Shown in pieces: positions 25,807-38,641 of a stretch of DNA of 64,000 nucleotides. The notes under the pieces were generated by a model, which ran no database searches, was not told the origin of the DNA, and worked only from the letters and a program-made list of their open reading frames with translations. Positions within the stretch are counted from its first letter, which is position 1. Each line of letters begins with the position of its first letter. This DNA is from Mobula hypostoma (Eukaryota), in the NCBI RefSeq assembly GCF_963921235.1, contig NC_086108.1, positions 30,816,001 through 30,880,000 of the forward strand, read 5' to 3'. The position numbers and the translations under genes are program-made.

Positions 25807-27385
25807 ATAGAAACATAGAAACATAGAAAATAGGTGCAGGAGTAGGCCATTTGGCCCTTCGAGCCTGCACTGCCATTTATTATGATCATGGCTGATCATC
25901 CAACTCAGAACCCAGCCTTCCCTCCATACCCCCTGACCCCTGTAGCCACAAGGGCCATATCTAACTCCCTCTTAAACATAGCCAGTGAACTGGCCTCAAC
26001 TGTTTGCTGTGGCAGAGAATTCCACAGATTCACCACCCTCTGTGTGAAGAAGTTTTTCCTAATCTCGGTCCTAAAAGGCTTCCCCTCTATCCTCAAACTG
26101 TGACCCCTCGTTCTAGACCTCCCCAACATCGGGAACAATCTTCCCGCATCTAGCCTGTCCAATCCCTTTAGGATCTTATACGTTTCAATCAGATCCCCCC
26201 TCAATCTTCTAAATTCCAACGAGTACAAGCCCAGTTCATCCAGTCTTTCTTCATATGAAAGACCTGCCATCCCAGGAATCAATCTGGTGAACCTTCTTTG
26301 TACTCCCTCTATGGCAAAGATGTCTTTCCTCAGATTAGGGGACCAAAACTGCACACAATACTCCAGGTGTGGTCTCACCAAGGCCTTGTACAACTGCAGT
26401 AGTACCTCCCTGCTCCTGTACTCGAATCCTCTCGCTATAAATGCCAGCATACCGTTCGCCTTTTTCACCGCCTGCTGTACCTGCATGCCCACTTTCAATG
26501 ACTGGTGTATAATGACACCCAGGTCCCGTTGCACCTTCCCTTTTCCTAATCGGCCACCATTCAGATAATAATCTGTTTTCCTATTTTTGCCACCAAAGTG
26601 GATAACTTCACATTTATCCACATTAAATTGCATCTGCCATGAGTTTGCCCACTCACCCAACCTATCCAAGTCACCCTGCATCCTCTTAGCATCCTCCTCA
26701 CTGCTAACACTGCCACCCAGCTTCGTGTCATCCGCAAACTTGGAGATGCTGCATTTAATTCCCTCATCCAAGTCATTAATATATATTGTAAACAACTGGG
26801 GTCCCAGCACTGAGCCTTGCGGTACCCCACTAGTCACCGCCTGCCATTCTGAAAAGGTCCCGTTTATTCCCACTCTTTGCTTCCTGTCTGCTAACCAATT
26901 CTCCACCCACACCAATACCTTACCCCCAATACCGTGTGCTTTAAGTTTGCACACTAATCTCCTGTGTGGGACCTTGTCAAAAGCCTTTTGAAAATCCAAT
27001 ATACCACATCCACTGGTTCTCCCCTATCCACTCTACTAGTTACATCCTCAAAAAATTCTATGAGATTCGTCAGACATGATTTTCCTTTCACAAATCCATG
27101 CTGACTTTGTCCGATTATTTCACCGCTTTCCAAATGTGCTGTTATCACATCCTTGATAACTGACTCCAGCAGTTTCCCCACCACCGACGTTAGGCTAACC
27201 GGCCTATAATTCCCCAGTTTCTCTCTCCCTCCTTTTTTAAAAAGTGGGGTTACATTAGCCACCCTCCAATCCTCAGGAACCAGTCCAGAATCTAACGAGT
27301 TTTGAAAAATTATCACTAATGCATCCACTATTTCTTGGGCTACTTCCTTAAGCACCCTGGGATGCAGACCATCTGACCCTGGGGA
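25807..27385 (-). mobile_element. CR1 LINE I (young family), 5'-truncated
   Basis: ORFs 26954-27355 and 25905-26999 joined by a frameshift; (CATAGAAA)n tail. Confidence 0.95.
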
Positions 27386-27519
27386 AATGATTCACTGAAA
27401 GTCCAGTTGAAGGTAAATAAATCCTGTAAAGACATGAGCAGGCCAAGCAGAAGCTTTAGGATTATAAAAAGGCAGACAAGATACCAAAGAGAGTATTATA
27501 AAAACATTAAAGCTATGAT

Positions 27520-27670
27520 TTCTCTCCTTCCTTTCCAGTCCTGCTGGATGTTCTTGGCCCGAACCATCGACTGTACTCTTTTCCATAGATGCTGCCTGAT
27601 CTGCTGAGCTCCTCCAGCATTTTGTGTGTGTTGCTTTGGCTTTCCGGCATCTGCAGAATTTCTCATGTTT
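27520..27670 (+). mobile_element. Solo Penelope terminal repeat with decayed hammerhead
   Basis: cagtc-ctgctgg...ggccc-gaac-catc-gactg at 27536-27573, then atagatgctgcc...ctgcagaatttctc. Confidence 0.75.
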
Positions 27671-27754
27671 GGAAAGTCAGTTGGCCCATTATGTTCTTAC
27701 CAGCTAAACCTGGATCTAAATTAATCCCTGCAGGGAATGCCTGGATAGCTTGAG

Positions 27755-28050
27755 GCGTGAGGGTAGCATAGAGGTTAGCGTGATGCTAGTACAGCTTGGG
27801 GCGTTTCAGAGTTCAATGCCAGCGCCATTCTGTAAGAAGTTCGTATGTTATCCCCGTGGAATGCATGTGCTTTCCCAGTATGCTCCAGTTTCCTCCCACA
27901 GTTCAAAGCTGTACAGGTTAGTAGGTTAATTGGTCATTATAAATTGACCATCGATTAGGTTACGATTACTTAGGGTCATCAGGGGTTTCTGGGGCATTGC
28001 GGCTTGAAGGGCTGGAGAGGCCTTCTCCATGCTCCATCACTAAGTTAAAA
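27755..28050 (+). mobile_element. V-SINE (HE1-like): tRNA head, V-domain, CR1-type tail
   Basis: gagttcaat B-box-like; tgctccagtttcctcccacagttcaaag...gtaggttaattggtca V-domain; gaagggctggagaggcc tail. Confidence 0.7.
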
Positions 28051-29195
28051 TATTTTCAAGTGCTCATGTTGGTACTTTTCAAAGCTTGCGAATTTTTGGC
28101 TCTGCCCACCATTGAAGCAATGATGCCCGGGCCCCTTCATCTTGATGAACGAAATAGATTTTTTCCAGCATCCTCTAACTTTTACAAATTGACATATCTA
28201 TTTCCATCATTTAGTGAACTCTTTGATCAGGGAAATAGGTTCTTTCAGATAAAACTTTTCAGACTTATCCACCTCATGAACCTTCTCCAAGACTGTGGTC
28301 CCAAAGAAAATAACCCTTCCTCCTCTGTAAAATTTATCAGTCCTGAAAACATCCTTGTAACCTGACACAGCGTTCCCATCTTGTGAATGAACAGAACTAA
28401 ACACGATACTCTAGGTAGAGCTCAATAAATGTTTTATCCACTTCTGGCATGGAGTCCCTGTTTTTTATTATTAGCCAATATAATTGATAAATAATTAATT
28501 AAAACAATATAAAGCCAGTCATGTGCTATCTCTACCATTTTATCCAACTGAAAATGAGCATGCTGAAAACCTGAAACAAACACAGGAAAAGCACTCAGCA
28601 AATCAGGCAGTTCTGGTGAAAGGTTTTGAGCCCGAGATGTTTTGCTTTCCACAGATTTTGTCTGACTTTCAGCAAATTTCCAGCTTTTTGTGTTTTACTT
28701 CACCTTAACTGTCTTGCTATATTTGGGAACTGGTGGATTATGTGATACAATACGTCTGAGTGTCTACTTTTTTGTAATTGTACCTTCCTGTGCATTGTTT
28801 TCATGATCTCATACTTCTAACATTTATCCTTTTTACATATGCCTATCCAGCAGCTTAAATCTTCATCATTCACTGACATCCTTCGGAGAAGGAAGTCTGA
28901 GAATCGGAGCGGGAGTGCGGAGGAAGACATTTTTGAATTTTCCGGTTTTTTTTTTCCATCGGCGTTCAGAGAGGCAGGACTACACAGGCGTGTGACGTCG
29001 GGCAGTGAAGCGCGGAAGATTTAAAAGGAACAGAGCCTCATACAGCGGGCAGCGTAGTTTGCGGGCTGCGGAGTGAGCTGGGAGCAGAGTGAAGGCTTAA
29101 GGGCTTCGGCTCAACGGGCTTAGGTGGAAACGGGTGAGGCGAGGAAGGTTTGGTATTCATTTTTTGTTGTTATTTGAGGAGGGGGCAGTATCAGT

Positions 29196-30125
29196 GTGAG
29201 GGCAGCTCGTTGCTCTCGGTGCCGGATGTGGGAGGTCGTGGAGTCTCCAAGCCTCCCGGACGTCCACATCGGCGCCAAGTGCACCAAGATGCAGCTCCTA
29301 AGGGACTGCGTTAGGGAACTGGAGCTGCAGCTCGATGACCTTCGTCTGGTCAGAGAGAGTGAGGAGTTCTTAGAGAGGAGTTGCAGGCAGGTGGTCACAC
29401 CGGGGCCACGGGAGGCAGACAAGTAGGTCACGGTTAGGAGGGGGAAGAGGAAGAGTCAGGTAATAGGGAGTACCCCGGTGGCAGTGCCCCTTGACAATAG
29501 GTACTCCTGTTTGAGTACTGTTGGGGGGCACAGCTTACCTGAGGGAAGCGACAGTGGCCGTGCCTCTGGCACAGAGTCTGGCCCTGTAGCTCAGAAGGGT
29601 AGGGAAAGGAAGAGGAGGGCAGTTGTAATAGGGGACTCAATAGTAAGGGGGTCAGATAGGCGATTCTGTGGACGCAGTCCAGGGACCCGGATGGTAGTTT
29701 GCCTCCCTGGTGCCAGGGTCCGGGATATTTCTGATCGTGTCCAAGATATCCTGAAGTGGGAGAGTGAGGAGCCAGAGGTCGTGGTATGTATAGGTACCAA
29801 TGACACAGGTAGGAAAAGGGAAGAGCTCCTGAAAGGAGAATATAGGGAGTTAGGAAGGGAGTTGAGAAAAAGGACCGCAAAGGTAGTAATCTCGGGATTA
29901 CTGCCTGTGCCACGCGACAGTGAGAGTAGGAATGCAATGAGGTGGAGGATAAATGCGTGGCTGAGGGATTGGAGCAGGGGGCAGGGAATCAAGTTTTTGG
30001 ATCATTGGGACCTCTTTTGGCGCAGGCGTGACCTGTACAAAAAGGACGGGTTACACTTGAATCCTAGGGGGACCAATATCCTGGCAGAGAGATTAGCGAG
30101 GGCTACTGAGGTGACTTTAAACTAG
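29196..30125 (+). pseudogene. CR1 ORF1: zinc finger/leucine zipper + SGNH (GDSL-like) esterase, one in-frame stop
   Basis: CSRC...(G)AKC, heptad LELQLDDL, then IGDS, GTND, DGLH blocks; TAG at 29424-29426 lies in frame with ORF 29478-30125. Confidence 0.85.
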
Positions 30126-30333
30126 AATGGTTGCGGGGTGGGAATCAAATTAAAGAGACTCGGAGAGAGGAGGTTAGTCCACAACAGGGGGATGGGAACA
30201 AGTGCACAGAAACAGAGGGGTGTAAAATAAGAGTAGAAGCAAAAAGTTCAAAGGAGAAAAGTAAAAGTGCCAGGCCGGCAAATCCAGGGCAAAAATCAAA
30301 AAGGGCCACTTTTCAGCATAATTGTATAAGGGC

Positions 30334-33157
30334 TAAGAGTGTTGTAAAAGCGAGCCTGAAGGCTTTATGTGTCAATGCAAGGAGCATTCGTAACAAGGTG
30401 GATGAATTAAAAGTGCAGATTGTTATTAATGAATATGATATAGTTGGGATCACAGAGACGTGGCTCCAGGGTGACCAAGGATGGGAGTTCAACATTCAGG
30501 GATATTCAATATTCAGGAGGGATAGACATGAAAGAAAAGGAGGTGGGGTGGCGTTGCTGGTTAGAGGGGAGATAACGCAACAGAAGGGAAGGACATAAGC
30601 CGGGAGGATGTGGAATCGATATGGGTAGAGCTGCATAACACTAAGGGGCAGGAAACGCTGGTGGAAGTTGTGTACAGGCCACCTAACAGTAGTAGTGAGG
30701 TTGGGGATGGTATTAAACAGGAAATTAGAAATGTGTACAATAAAAGAACAGCAGTTATAATGGGTAACTTCAATCTACATGTAGATTGGGTGAACCAAAT
30801 TGGTAAGGGTGCTGAGGAAGAGGATTTCTTGGAATGTATGCGGGATGGTTTTTTGAACCAACATGTCGAGGAACCAACTAGAGAGCAGGCTATTCTGGAC
30901 TGGGTTTTGAGCAATGAAGAAGGGTTAATTAGCAATCTTGTCGTGAGAGGCCCCTTGGGTAAGAGTGACCATAATATGGTGGAATTCTTCATTAAGATGG
31001 AGAGTGACATAATTAATTCAGAAACAAAGATTCTGAACTTAAAGCTAACTTTGAAGGTATGAGATGTGAATTAGCTAAGATAGACTGGCAAATGACACTT
31101 AAAAGGTTGACAGTGGATATGCAATGGCAAGCATTTAAAGATCGCATGGATGAACTAAAACAATTGTTCATCCCAGAATGGCAAAAGAATAAATCAAGGA
31201 AGGTAGTGCACCCATGGCTGACAAGGGAAATTATGGATAGTATCAATTCCAAAGAAGAAGCATACAAATTAGCCAGAAAAAGTGGCTCACCTGAGGACTG
31301 GGAGAAATTCAGAGTTCAGCAGAGGAGGACAAAGGGCTTAATTAGGAAGGGGAAAAAAGATTATGAGAGAAAACTGGCAGGGAACATAAAAACGGACTGT
31401 AAAAGCTTTTATAGATATGTAAAAAGGAAAAGACTGGTAAAGACAAATGTAGGTCCCCTGCAGACAGAAACAGGTGAATTGATTATGGGGAGCAAGGACA
31501 TGGCAGACCAATTGAATAATTACTTTGGTTCTGTCTTCACTAAGAGGACATAAATAATCTTCCAGAAATAGTAGGGGACAGAGGGTCCAGTGAGATGGAG
31601 GAACTGAGCGAAATACATGTTAGCAGGGAAGTGGTGTTAGGTAAATTGAAGGGATTAAAGGCAGATAAATCCCCAGGGCCAGATGGTTTGCATCCTAGAG
31701 TGCTTAAGGAAGTAGCCCAAGAAATAGTGGATGCATTAGTGATAATTTTTCAAAATTCTTTAGATTCTGGACTAGTTCCTGAGGATTGGAGGGTGTCTGA
31801 TGTAACCCCACTTTTTAAAAAAGGAGGGAGAGAGAAACCGGGGAATTATAGACCCGTTAGCCTAACATCGGTGGTGGGGAAACTGCTGGAGTCAGTTATC
31901 AAAGGTGTGATAACAGCACATTTGGAGAGCAGTGAAATCATCGGACAAAGTCAGCATGGATTTGTGAAAGGAAAATCATGTCTGACGAATCTCATAGAAT
32001 TTTTTGAGGATGTAACTAGTAGAGTGGATAGGGGAGAACCAGTGGATGTGGTATATTTGGATTTTCAAAAGGCTTTTGACAAGGTCCCACACAGGAGATT
32101 AGTGTGCAAACTTAAAGCACACGGTATTGGGGGTAAGGTATTGATGTGGATAGAGAATTGGTTGGCAGACAGGAAGCAAAGAGTGGGAATAAACGGGACC
32201 TTTTCAGAATGGCAGGCAGTGACTAGTGGGGTACCGCGAGGCTCAGTGCTGGGACCCCAGTTGTTTACAATATATATTAATGACTTGGATGAGGGAATTA
32301 AATGCAGCATCTCCAAGTTTGCAGATGACACGAAGCTGGGCGGCAGTGTTAGCTGTGAGGAGGATGCTAAGAGGGTGCAGGGTGACTTGGATAGGTTAGG
32401 TGAGTGGGCAAATACATGGCAGATGCAATTTAATGTGGATAAATGTGAAGTTATCCACTTTGGTGGCAAAAACAGGAAAACAGATTATTATCTGAACGGT
32501 GGCCGATTAGGAAAAGGGGAGGTGCAACGAGACCTGGGTGTCATTATACACCAGTCATTGAAAGTGGGCATGCAGGTACAGCAGGCAGTGAAAAAGGCGA
32601 ATGGTGTGCTGGCATTTATAGCGAGAGGATTCGAGTACAGGAGCAGGGAGGTACTACTGCAGTTGTACAAGGCCTTGGTGAGACCACATCTGGAGTATTG
32701 TGTGCAGTTTTGGTCCCCTAATCTGAGGAAAGACATCCTTGCCATAGAGGGAGTACAAAGAAGGTTCACCAGATTGATTCCTGGGATGGCAGGACTTTCG
32801 TATGATGAAAGACTGGATGAATTAGGCTTATACTCGTTGGAATTCAGAAGATTGAGGGGGGATCTGATTGAAATGTATAAAATCCTAAAGGGATTGGACA
32901 GGCTAGATGCAGGAAGATTGTTCCCGATGTTGGGGAAGTCCAGAACAAGGGGTCACAGTTTGAGGATAAAGGGGAAGCCTTTTCGGACCGAGATGAGGAA
33001 AAACTTCTTCACACAGAGAGTGGTGAATCTGTGGAATTCTCTGCCACAGGAAACTGTTGAGGTCAGTTCATTGGCTATGTTTAAGAGGGAGTTAGATATG
33101 GCCCTTGTGGCTAAAGGGATCAGGGGGTATGGAGGGAAGGCTGGTACAGGGTTCTGA
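30334..33157 (+). pseudogene. CR1 ORF2 (APE + RT) with three frameshifts upstream of an open RT domain
   Basis: ORFs 30131-30598, 30610-31062, 31059-31553 and 31595-33157 are collinear with copy H. Confidence 0.9.
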
Positions 33158-33404
33158 GTTGGATGATCAGCCATGATCATACTGAATGGCAGTGCAGGTT
33201 CGAAGGGCCAAGTGGCCTACTCCTGCACCTATTTTCTATGTTTCTATCTTTCTATCCTAGCTGCCAACTTTGGCATCATTGGCAAAATGCTCAATTGTGG
33301 CCCTTTCACTTAAATTGAAGTCAATTATATTTACCATACAAAGCAAGGAGCTCAGTGCTGAAAGTTTTAAAAAAAAGCTTCAGAAATTGGAACTAGAGTC
33401 TTAG

Positions 33405-33800
33405 AGTAACACAATATAGAAACAGGTTCTTTGGCCCAACTCATCCATACTGACTATGCTGATGTTATTTCCCGACACTTGGCCCATATTCTTCTAAACC
33501 TTTCCTAACCATGCACCTGTCCAAATATCTTTTTTAAGTCATTATTGTACCTGCTTCAACCACTTCCTCTGTCAGCTCATTCTAAATATGCACCACCTTC
33601 TTTGTGAAGAAATTGCCCCCTAGGTTCCTTTTAAATCAATTACTTCTCACATTGTATCCATTCCATTTAGTTTTTGATTCCCTTTTCTTTGGAAAATGAC
33701 TGCATCTTTCCTATTGATGTCCCTCGTGATTTTCTACCTGCTTATGAGGTCACCTCTAAGTCTCCCACACTCTAAGGAAAGAACTCCCAGCCAGCCCAAT
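33405..33800 (-). mobile_element. Old CR1 3' fragment
   Basis: Reverse-strand similarity to the CR1 C-terminus and 3' UTR. Confidence 0.6.
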
Positions 33801-34084
33801 CACTGCAGTATCTTGTTTGTCTTATTTTGCCTTCTCTCACTCTGTATATAAATTAACAACATTCTGATTTTTCTAGGTGTGATGAGGAACCTTCATCCTG
33901 AAATGCCGACTTGGTATTTGCTTCCACAAATGCTGTCTGACCTCCTGATTGTTTTCAGTATTTCATTAGACAGATAAAATTCCCGTCAATTCCTGTCATG
34001 TTTCCTTTGAGTATTATTGCTGATCTACGTTTTAATTAAAGTGTTATTTTTGCTTGAATACTATTGGTATTTAATTTCTTTCAC

Positions 34085-34392
34085 AATCTGTTGAAGATCT
34101 GGTGTTCTGGTTGTTCCTTTTTTTGTTGCTAGTATGGGTGATTTTTGGATCGGGACAGCTTGTCGATAATGAAGGTAACTGAAATATGGTTTTTGATCTT
34201 CTGTTTTAAATTCTGTGCTTTCACTCATTTGTTTGTTTGCGCATAGGGGGAGGAGGGTTGATGGTTTTTCTCTTTGATCAGGTTGGTTCCGTGGCTCTTT
34301 GTTTTGTGGCTGTCTATGAGAAAGATCAATTTCAGAGTTCTATGCTGCACACAGACTTTGATAATAAATGTACTTTGAATCTTGAATCTTAA
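34085..34392 (+). mobile_element. Non-autonomous retroposon with (TTGAATC)n tail
   Basis: aataaa at about 34363 then tttgaatcttgaatctt; related to 2740-3115. Confidence 0.5.
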
Positions 34393-34558
34393 GATCTCTG
34401 CAAACCACATAAAATGTTTATCTTCAATGTTCTTTGCTACATCCTCAAACTCTATTAATTTGATCTATTAAATTAATATATTGGAGTGGGATATACGGTA
34501 TTTACTGATTTAGGATGTACTGAGAGTTTTCTCCAATTGATAACAAGCTTATGATGTG

Positions 34559-34841
34559 GGCACTTGGCCAAGTGGTTAAGGCATTCGACTAGCGACCTGA
34601 AGGTCATGAGTTCGAGCCCCAGCTGAGGCAGCGTGTTGTGTCCTTGAGCAAGGCACATAACCACATAGCGCTCTGCGACGACACTGGTGCCAAGCTGTAT
34701 TGGCCCTTGCCCTTCCCTTGGGGCGACTTTCAACATGGGCAACTGCCAGTCTTCCATACAACCTTGTCCAGGCCTGTGCCCTGGAGAGTGAAGACTTTCC
34801 AGGCGCAGATCCATGGTCTTGCAAGACTAATGGATGCCTTA
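34559..34841 (+). mobile_element. tRNA-derived SINE with CORE-like body
   Basis: A box TGGCCAAGTGG 34565-34575, B box GTTCGAGCC 34610-34618, tgtgtccttgagcaaggcacataacc CORE-like motif; atgtg duplicated at 34554-34558 and 34842-34846. Confidence 0.8.
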
Positions 34842-35094
34842 ATGTGATCTCTAAGCATCTCTCTTTCTCTTTATTTTTTTAAAACAAGTTACCGCTTCAG
34901 TAACTTTGGAATCGTTTACACCACCCCTGTTGCCAAAAACCATTAGAAGATTAAAGTACTAACCTGTGTAATCCTGAGCTTTATTCCTTATAACCACCTG
35001 GGATACAGTTCCTTTAATTAGATCTGACAATAATTTGATTTCCAGCCTTGAATTCATTCTCTCCATTCCCACCTTTAGCTTATCTGATGCTTCA

Positions 35095-35280
35095 CATTAT
35101 TCCCACCAATTAACTTCATCTTTGGGAAGCGGGGGGGGGGGGGATTTGAAGCATAAAGAAGAATCCCATGCAGTCGGAGGGAGAAGATTCAAATTCTACA
35201 CAAAGCAATGAAGGTTAGGATTGAACCTGAGTGTCTGACATTGTGAAGAAGCTGCTCCATAAACTCTGCCATTGTGCCTC
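35095..35280 (-). mobile_element. Decayed V-SINE
   Basis: Similar to 1640-1912 and 63590-63870. Confidence 0.45.
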
Positions 35281-35310
35281 CACCTAACAGATACTTTCTG
35301 CTTCCATAAT

Positions 35311-35985
35311 CAAAGTTCAAAGTAATTCTATTATCAAAGTATGTATATGCCACTACAAACTACCCTGAGATTCATTTTCTTGCAGACATTCACAGCAGAG
35401 CAAAGAAATACAATAGAATCAAAGAAAAACTACGCATAAAGATTGACAAACAACTGAGGTGCAAAAGACGACAAACTCTGAAAATACATGAAAAATAATA
35501 AATAAAGAAACAAATAAATAAATACATACATACATACATACAGAGAATATGAGTTGTTGAGAACCTAAAAGTGAGTCGACAGGTTCTGGAATCGGTTCAG
35601 TGTTGAAGTGAGTGAAGTTATCCACACTGGTTTAAAAGCCTGATGGCTGAAGAGTTATAGCAGTTCCTAAACTTGTTGGTGTGGAACTTTATGCTCCTGT
35701 ACCCCTTTCTCAACGGTAGTAGCGAGAAGAGAGCATGGCCTGGATGGTGGGGGCTCTTGATGACGGACACTGCCTTCTTGTGGCAGCGTTCCTTGTGGAT
35801 GTACTTGAAGGTGGGGAAGGATTTCCCTGTGATGGATTGGGCTGTATCCACCACTTTTTGCAGGCTTATTTATTCTTGGGCATTCAGTGCTTCCATAGCG
35901 GGTCATGATGCAGCCAGTTAGGATACTTTCCACTGAGCATCTATAGAAGTTTGATAAAGCTTTAGATGACATACCAGATCTATGG
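35311..35985 (-). mobile_element. Rex/Babar LINE 3' fragment
   Basis: NFYRCSVESILTGCI and SPHHPGHALFSLLP motifs; (TTTGAAC)n tail. Confidence 0.8.
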
Positions 35986-36512
35986 AAACAAGTGCATTCA
36001 CGTTCTTCTTCAGTCTCAATTAGAAACTATTCTTTTCTAATCCTCTCTCTTTTCCCCTTTTAAAGGTCATTTTAACTAACCTGTAGTATTTTGTTCATGC
36101 ACCCTCATTTTCCCTTCCTAATTTTATTCCTTTGCCTTTTATTCTTCCCAAGGTTTTCTGGTGTTAACCTTCATGTATCTGTTCCCAGCTCACTTTTACA
36201 AAGAGGTCTACTAAAATTAGCTTTACACTGAGTTAGAATTTAAATGCAAGTGTGCCAGTGTCCTTTTCCGTGCAGTGATTTTTCCATGACAAATCTCATT
36301 AAATTGCAATTGCTATCCTCAGTGTTCTCTACCACAACCACTCACTTTTCCCACTTGCCCAGGTATTCTGCAGAATGTGAAGTCTCATACCACCTGTTCT
36401 GTTATCAGGTGTGATTAAACTTTCTTATTTTGAAACCATTTCAATAATTCTACTTTATGTTATTTTATTTTTCATGTGTCATAGAAGGATGTAATTTTCT
36501 CTATTAAGCCTA

Positions 36513-36817
36513 TGTCAGGCCTGCTTAGGCAGGCAACACCCAGTCTCCACCCACTAACATGAGTCACCTGCCACTCATTTCCAATTCATTGCCTGCGGCC
36601 GACTTAAACCCTACTCTCATCCACAGTCCTCATACACCAACCAGTTGCTCATAGCCTTCGGTTACCTTGTTGCCTCTGGTGTTTAGTGTCTGTTCTCTCT
36701 TATTTTGTGGCCCCATTTGGCTTGTTATTTTTGCAGTCTTTCAATAAAGTTATTGTTCACCTCTGAATTGTTTCCACTCTCTACTATTGTGTCAAGCCTC
36801 GTCCATGTTCCCTGACA
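36513..36817 (+). repeat. 5' LTR
   Basis: Perfect terminal inverted repeat tgtcagg...cctgaca; aataaa near 36743; alignable with 41008-41331. Confidence 0.85.
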
Positions 36818-38421
36818 GAATGGGTGAGCCAGTATTGACTCACCTAATGGAAGTCATTCACCAAGGCAGGTGCATGATCCAGCACAGCAGGAAACAATTA
36901 ACCACCTACTTGTCACTCTCAAGGTACTTTCTATCTCATTACAGCAGACCTATACCAGTTGATCTCCTCCCTTGGAGCCCCATATTCTGGTGCCTGAACA
37001 CTTCGATGAATCCCCAATCCAGTGCTGCAACTTCCTGTCTTAGTGTGTCTTACAGTTTGAGCTCTAGCTATCTCTGTATTCTTTGGACTCAGCCAAGATT
37101 GCCCAGTGACTTCAAAAGCCTCATCACTCTGGTCCTCTGTATTTGCAAGCAACGACCCTGCAGGTCATCAGCCAGAACCGCATTTCCATTCCCAGAACCA
37201 TTCAGGCTGCAGGACTCTCCTCTGCAATCCCATCAGAACCCATGCAGTTTGGGAGCTTCCTGAACACTCTCAGCCCTCAAGAGTGTGGGTGTTGATGGGA
37301 AAACAACTTGTGCACTGATTGTGGAGCAGCTGATCACCCACACATCAAATGTACGTTGCATCCAGGCAAAGTCACTAACAGGTAGAGACTAGGGGCTTCT
37401 ATCTGATAAGCTCCCTGGCTCTTTACTCTTGACCCTCCCTTTTCCTAGTCATCTAGTTCACTACTGAGTTGGGGACCCACTTGCCTACAACGTCAGCTGA
37501 CTTCACCCTGTAAATCTGTGGAAATAGAGGAAACTTTCAACTTTACCAAACTCCCATAAAGAGTACCATAACTTAGCCATTGGCTTCAGTAAAGGTGAAG
37601 CCAATACCATGCTGCCTTACAGAGCATAAGTCTTTGTGATTGACTTCTTCCTGAGCACCCCTCCCCACCCCCATGGTCGGCTGTTCTTCCTCTGCCCTCC
37701 TGAGCCTACGTGAATGGCTACATCACTGAAGCACCATAGAAAGACTTCATTCATCCATCCCTGTCCCCAGCTGATGCAGGATTTTTCTTCATCAAAATGA
37801 AAGATGGGAGTCTTTGTCACTGCATTGACTATAGTGGGCTCAACTAAATCACTTTTAAGAAATGCTTTTCTCTCCCCTTATGGACAACACACTTAAAACC
37901 CTTCATGTGTACAACCTGTTCTGCATCTGCCAGGGGGATAAGTGGAAGACAGTATTCATAAACTCACTGCCCACTCCGAATACTTGGTGATGACATTCAG
38001 ACTTTCCGACAGGCCAGCCATTTTCCAAAACTTCATGAATGAAATCCTCCAGGGCGTGCTATGTAAGTATATATTTGACTACCGCAATGAGAGTCTCATA
38101 TTTTCCAAAGGCCCCCAAAGGCATGTCTGTCAAGTCCATTCAGTTCTTCAGCTTCTCAAGAACCAATGGTACTACAAGGTAGCAAAATGCGAGCTCCACA
38201 ACCCAGTCATTTCCCTCCTGGGTGACATCCGTACATCCCAAGGCATGAGTAAGTGTGGACTGTCACTGAATGGTCCTGACCCCATTCCATCAAACAGCTA
38301 CAGTGCTTCTTAGGTTTTCCCAACTCCTACCACTGTTTCAGCTAAAATATAGCCAAATCGCCACTCCTCCTACCTCCAAGTCACCTACCTCAAGTATAAC
38401 ACGGTCTGCTGCCACAGACGT

Positions 38422-38641
38422 TGAACCCATGAACATTATCTCACTTTTTTAATATATATTATTTCTGTTTTTTCATTATTTTTAATCTATTCTACATATA
38501 CTATAATTGATCTACTTATTTTTTATTATTATTTATTTCTTCTATATTATTTTTTGCATTGAACTGATGCTGCTGAGTTAACAAATTTCACGACACATGC
38601 TGGTGATAATAAACCTGATTCTGATTCTGATTCTGATTCTG
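38422..38641 (+). mobile_element. Rex/Babar-type 3' tail inserted in the Gypsy pol
   Basis: (CTGATT)n tail; similar to 295-458. Confidence 0.7.

Larger units (their letters stand above)
28883..33253 (+). mobile_element. CR1 LINE J (young family), apparently full length
   Basis: CpG-rich 5' UTR, ORF1, ORF2, 3' UTR and tail; atcct duplicated at 28878-28882 and 33254-33258. Confidence 0.95.
28070..33365 (-). mobile_element. Ancient CR1-group remnant that hosts CR1 J
   Basis: Minus-strand FANDAKVG (degenerate FADD) at about 33260-33290 continues across the J insertion; decayed 3' CR1 sequence at 28070-28480. Confidence 0.5.

Noticed and set aside
34559..34630. tRNA gene
   Set aside because: A and B boxes are present but run straight into a SINE body with a TSD.
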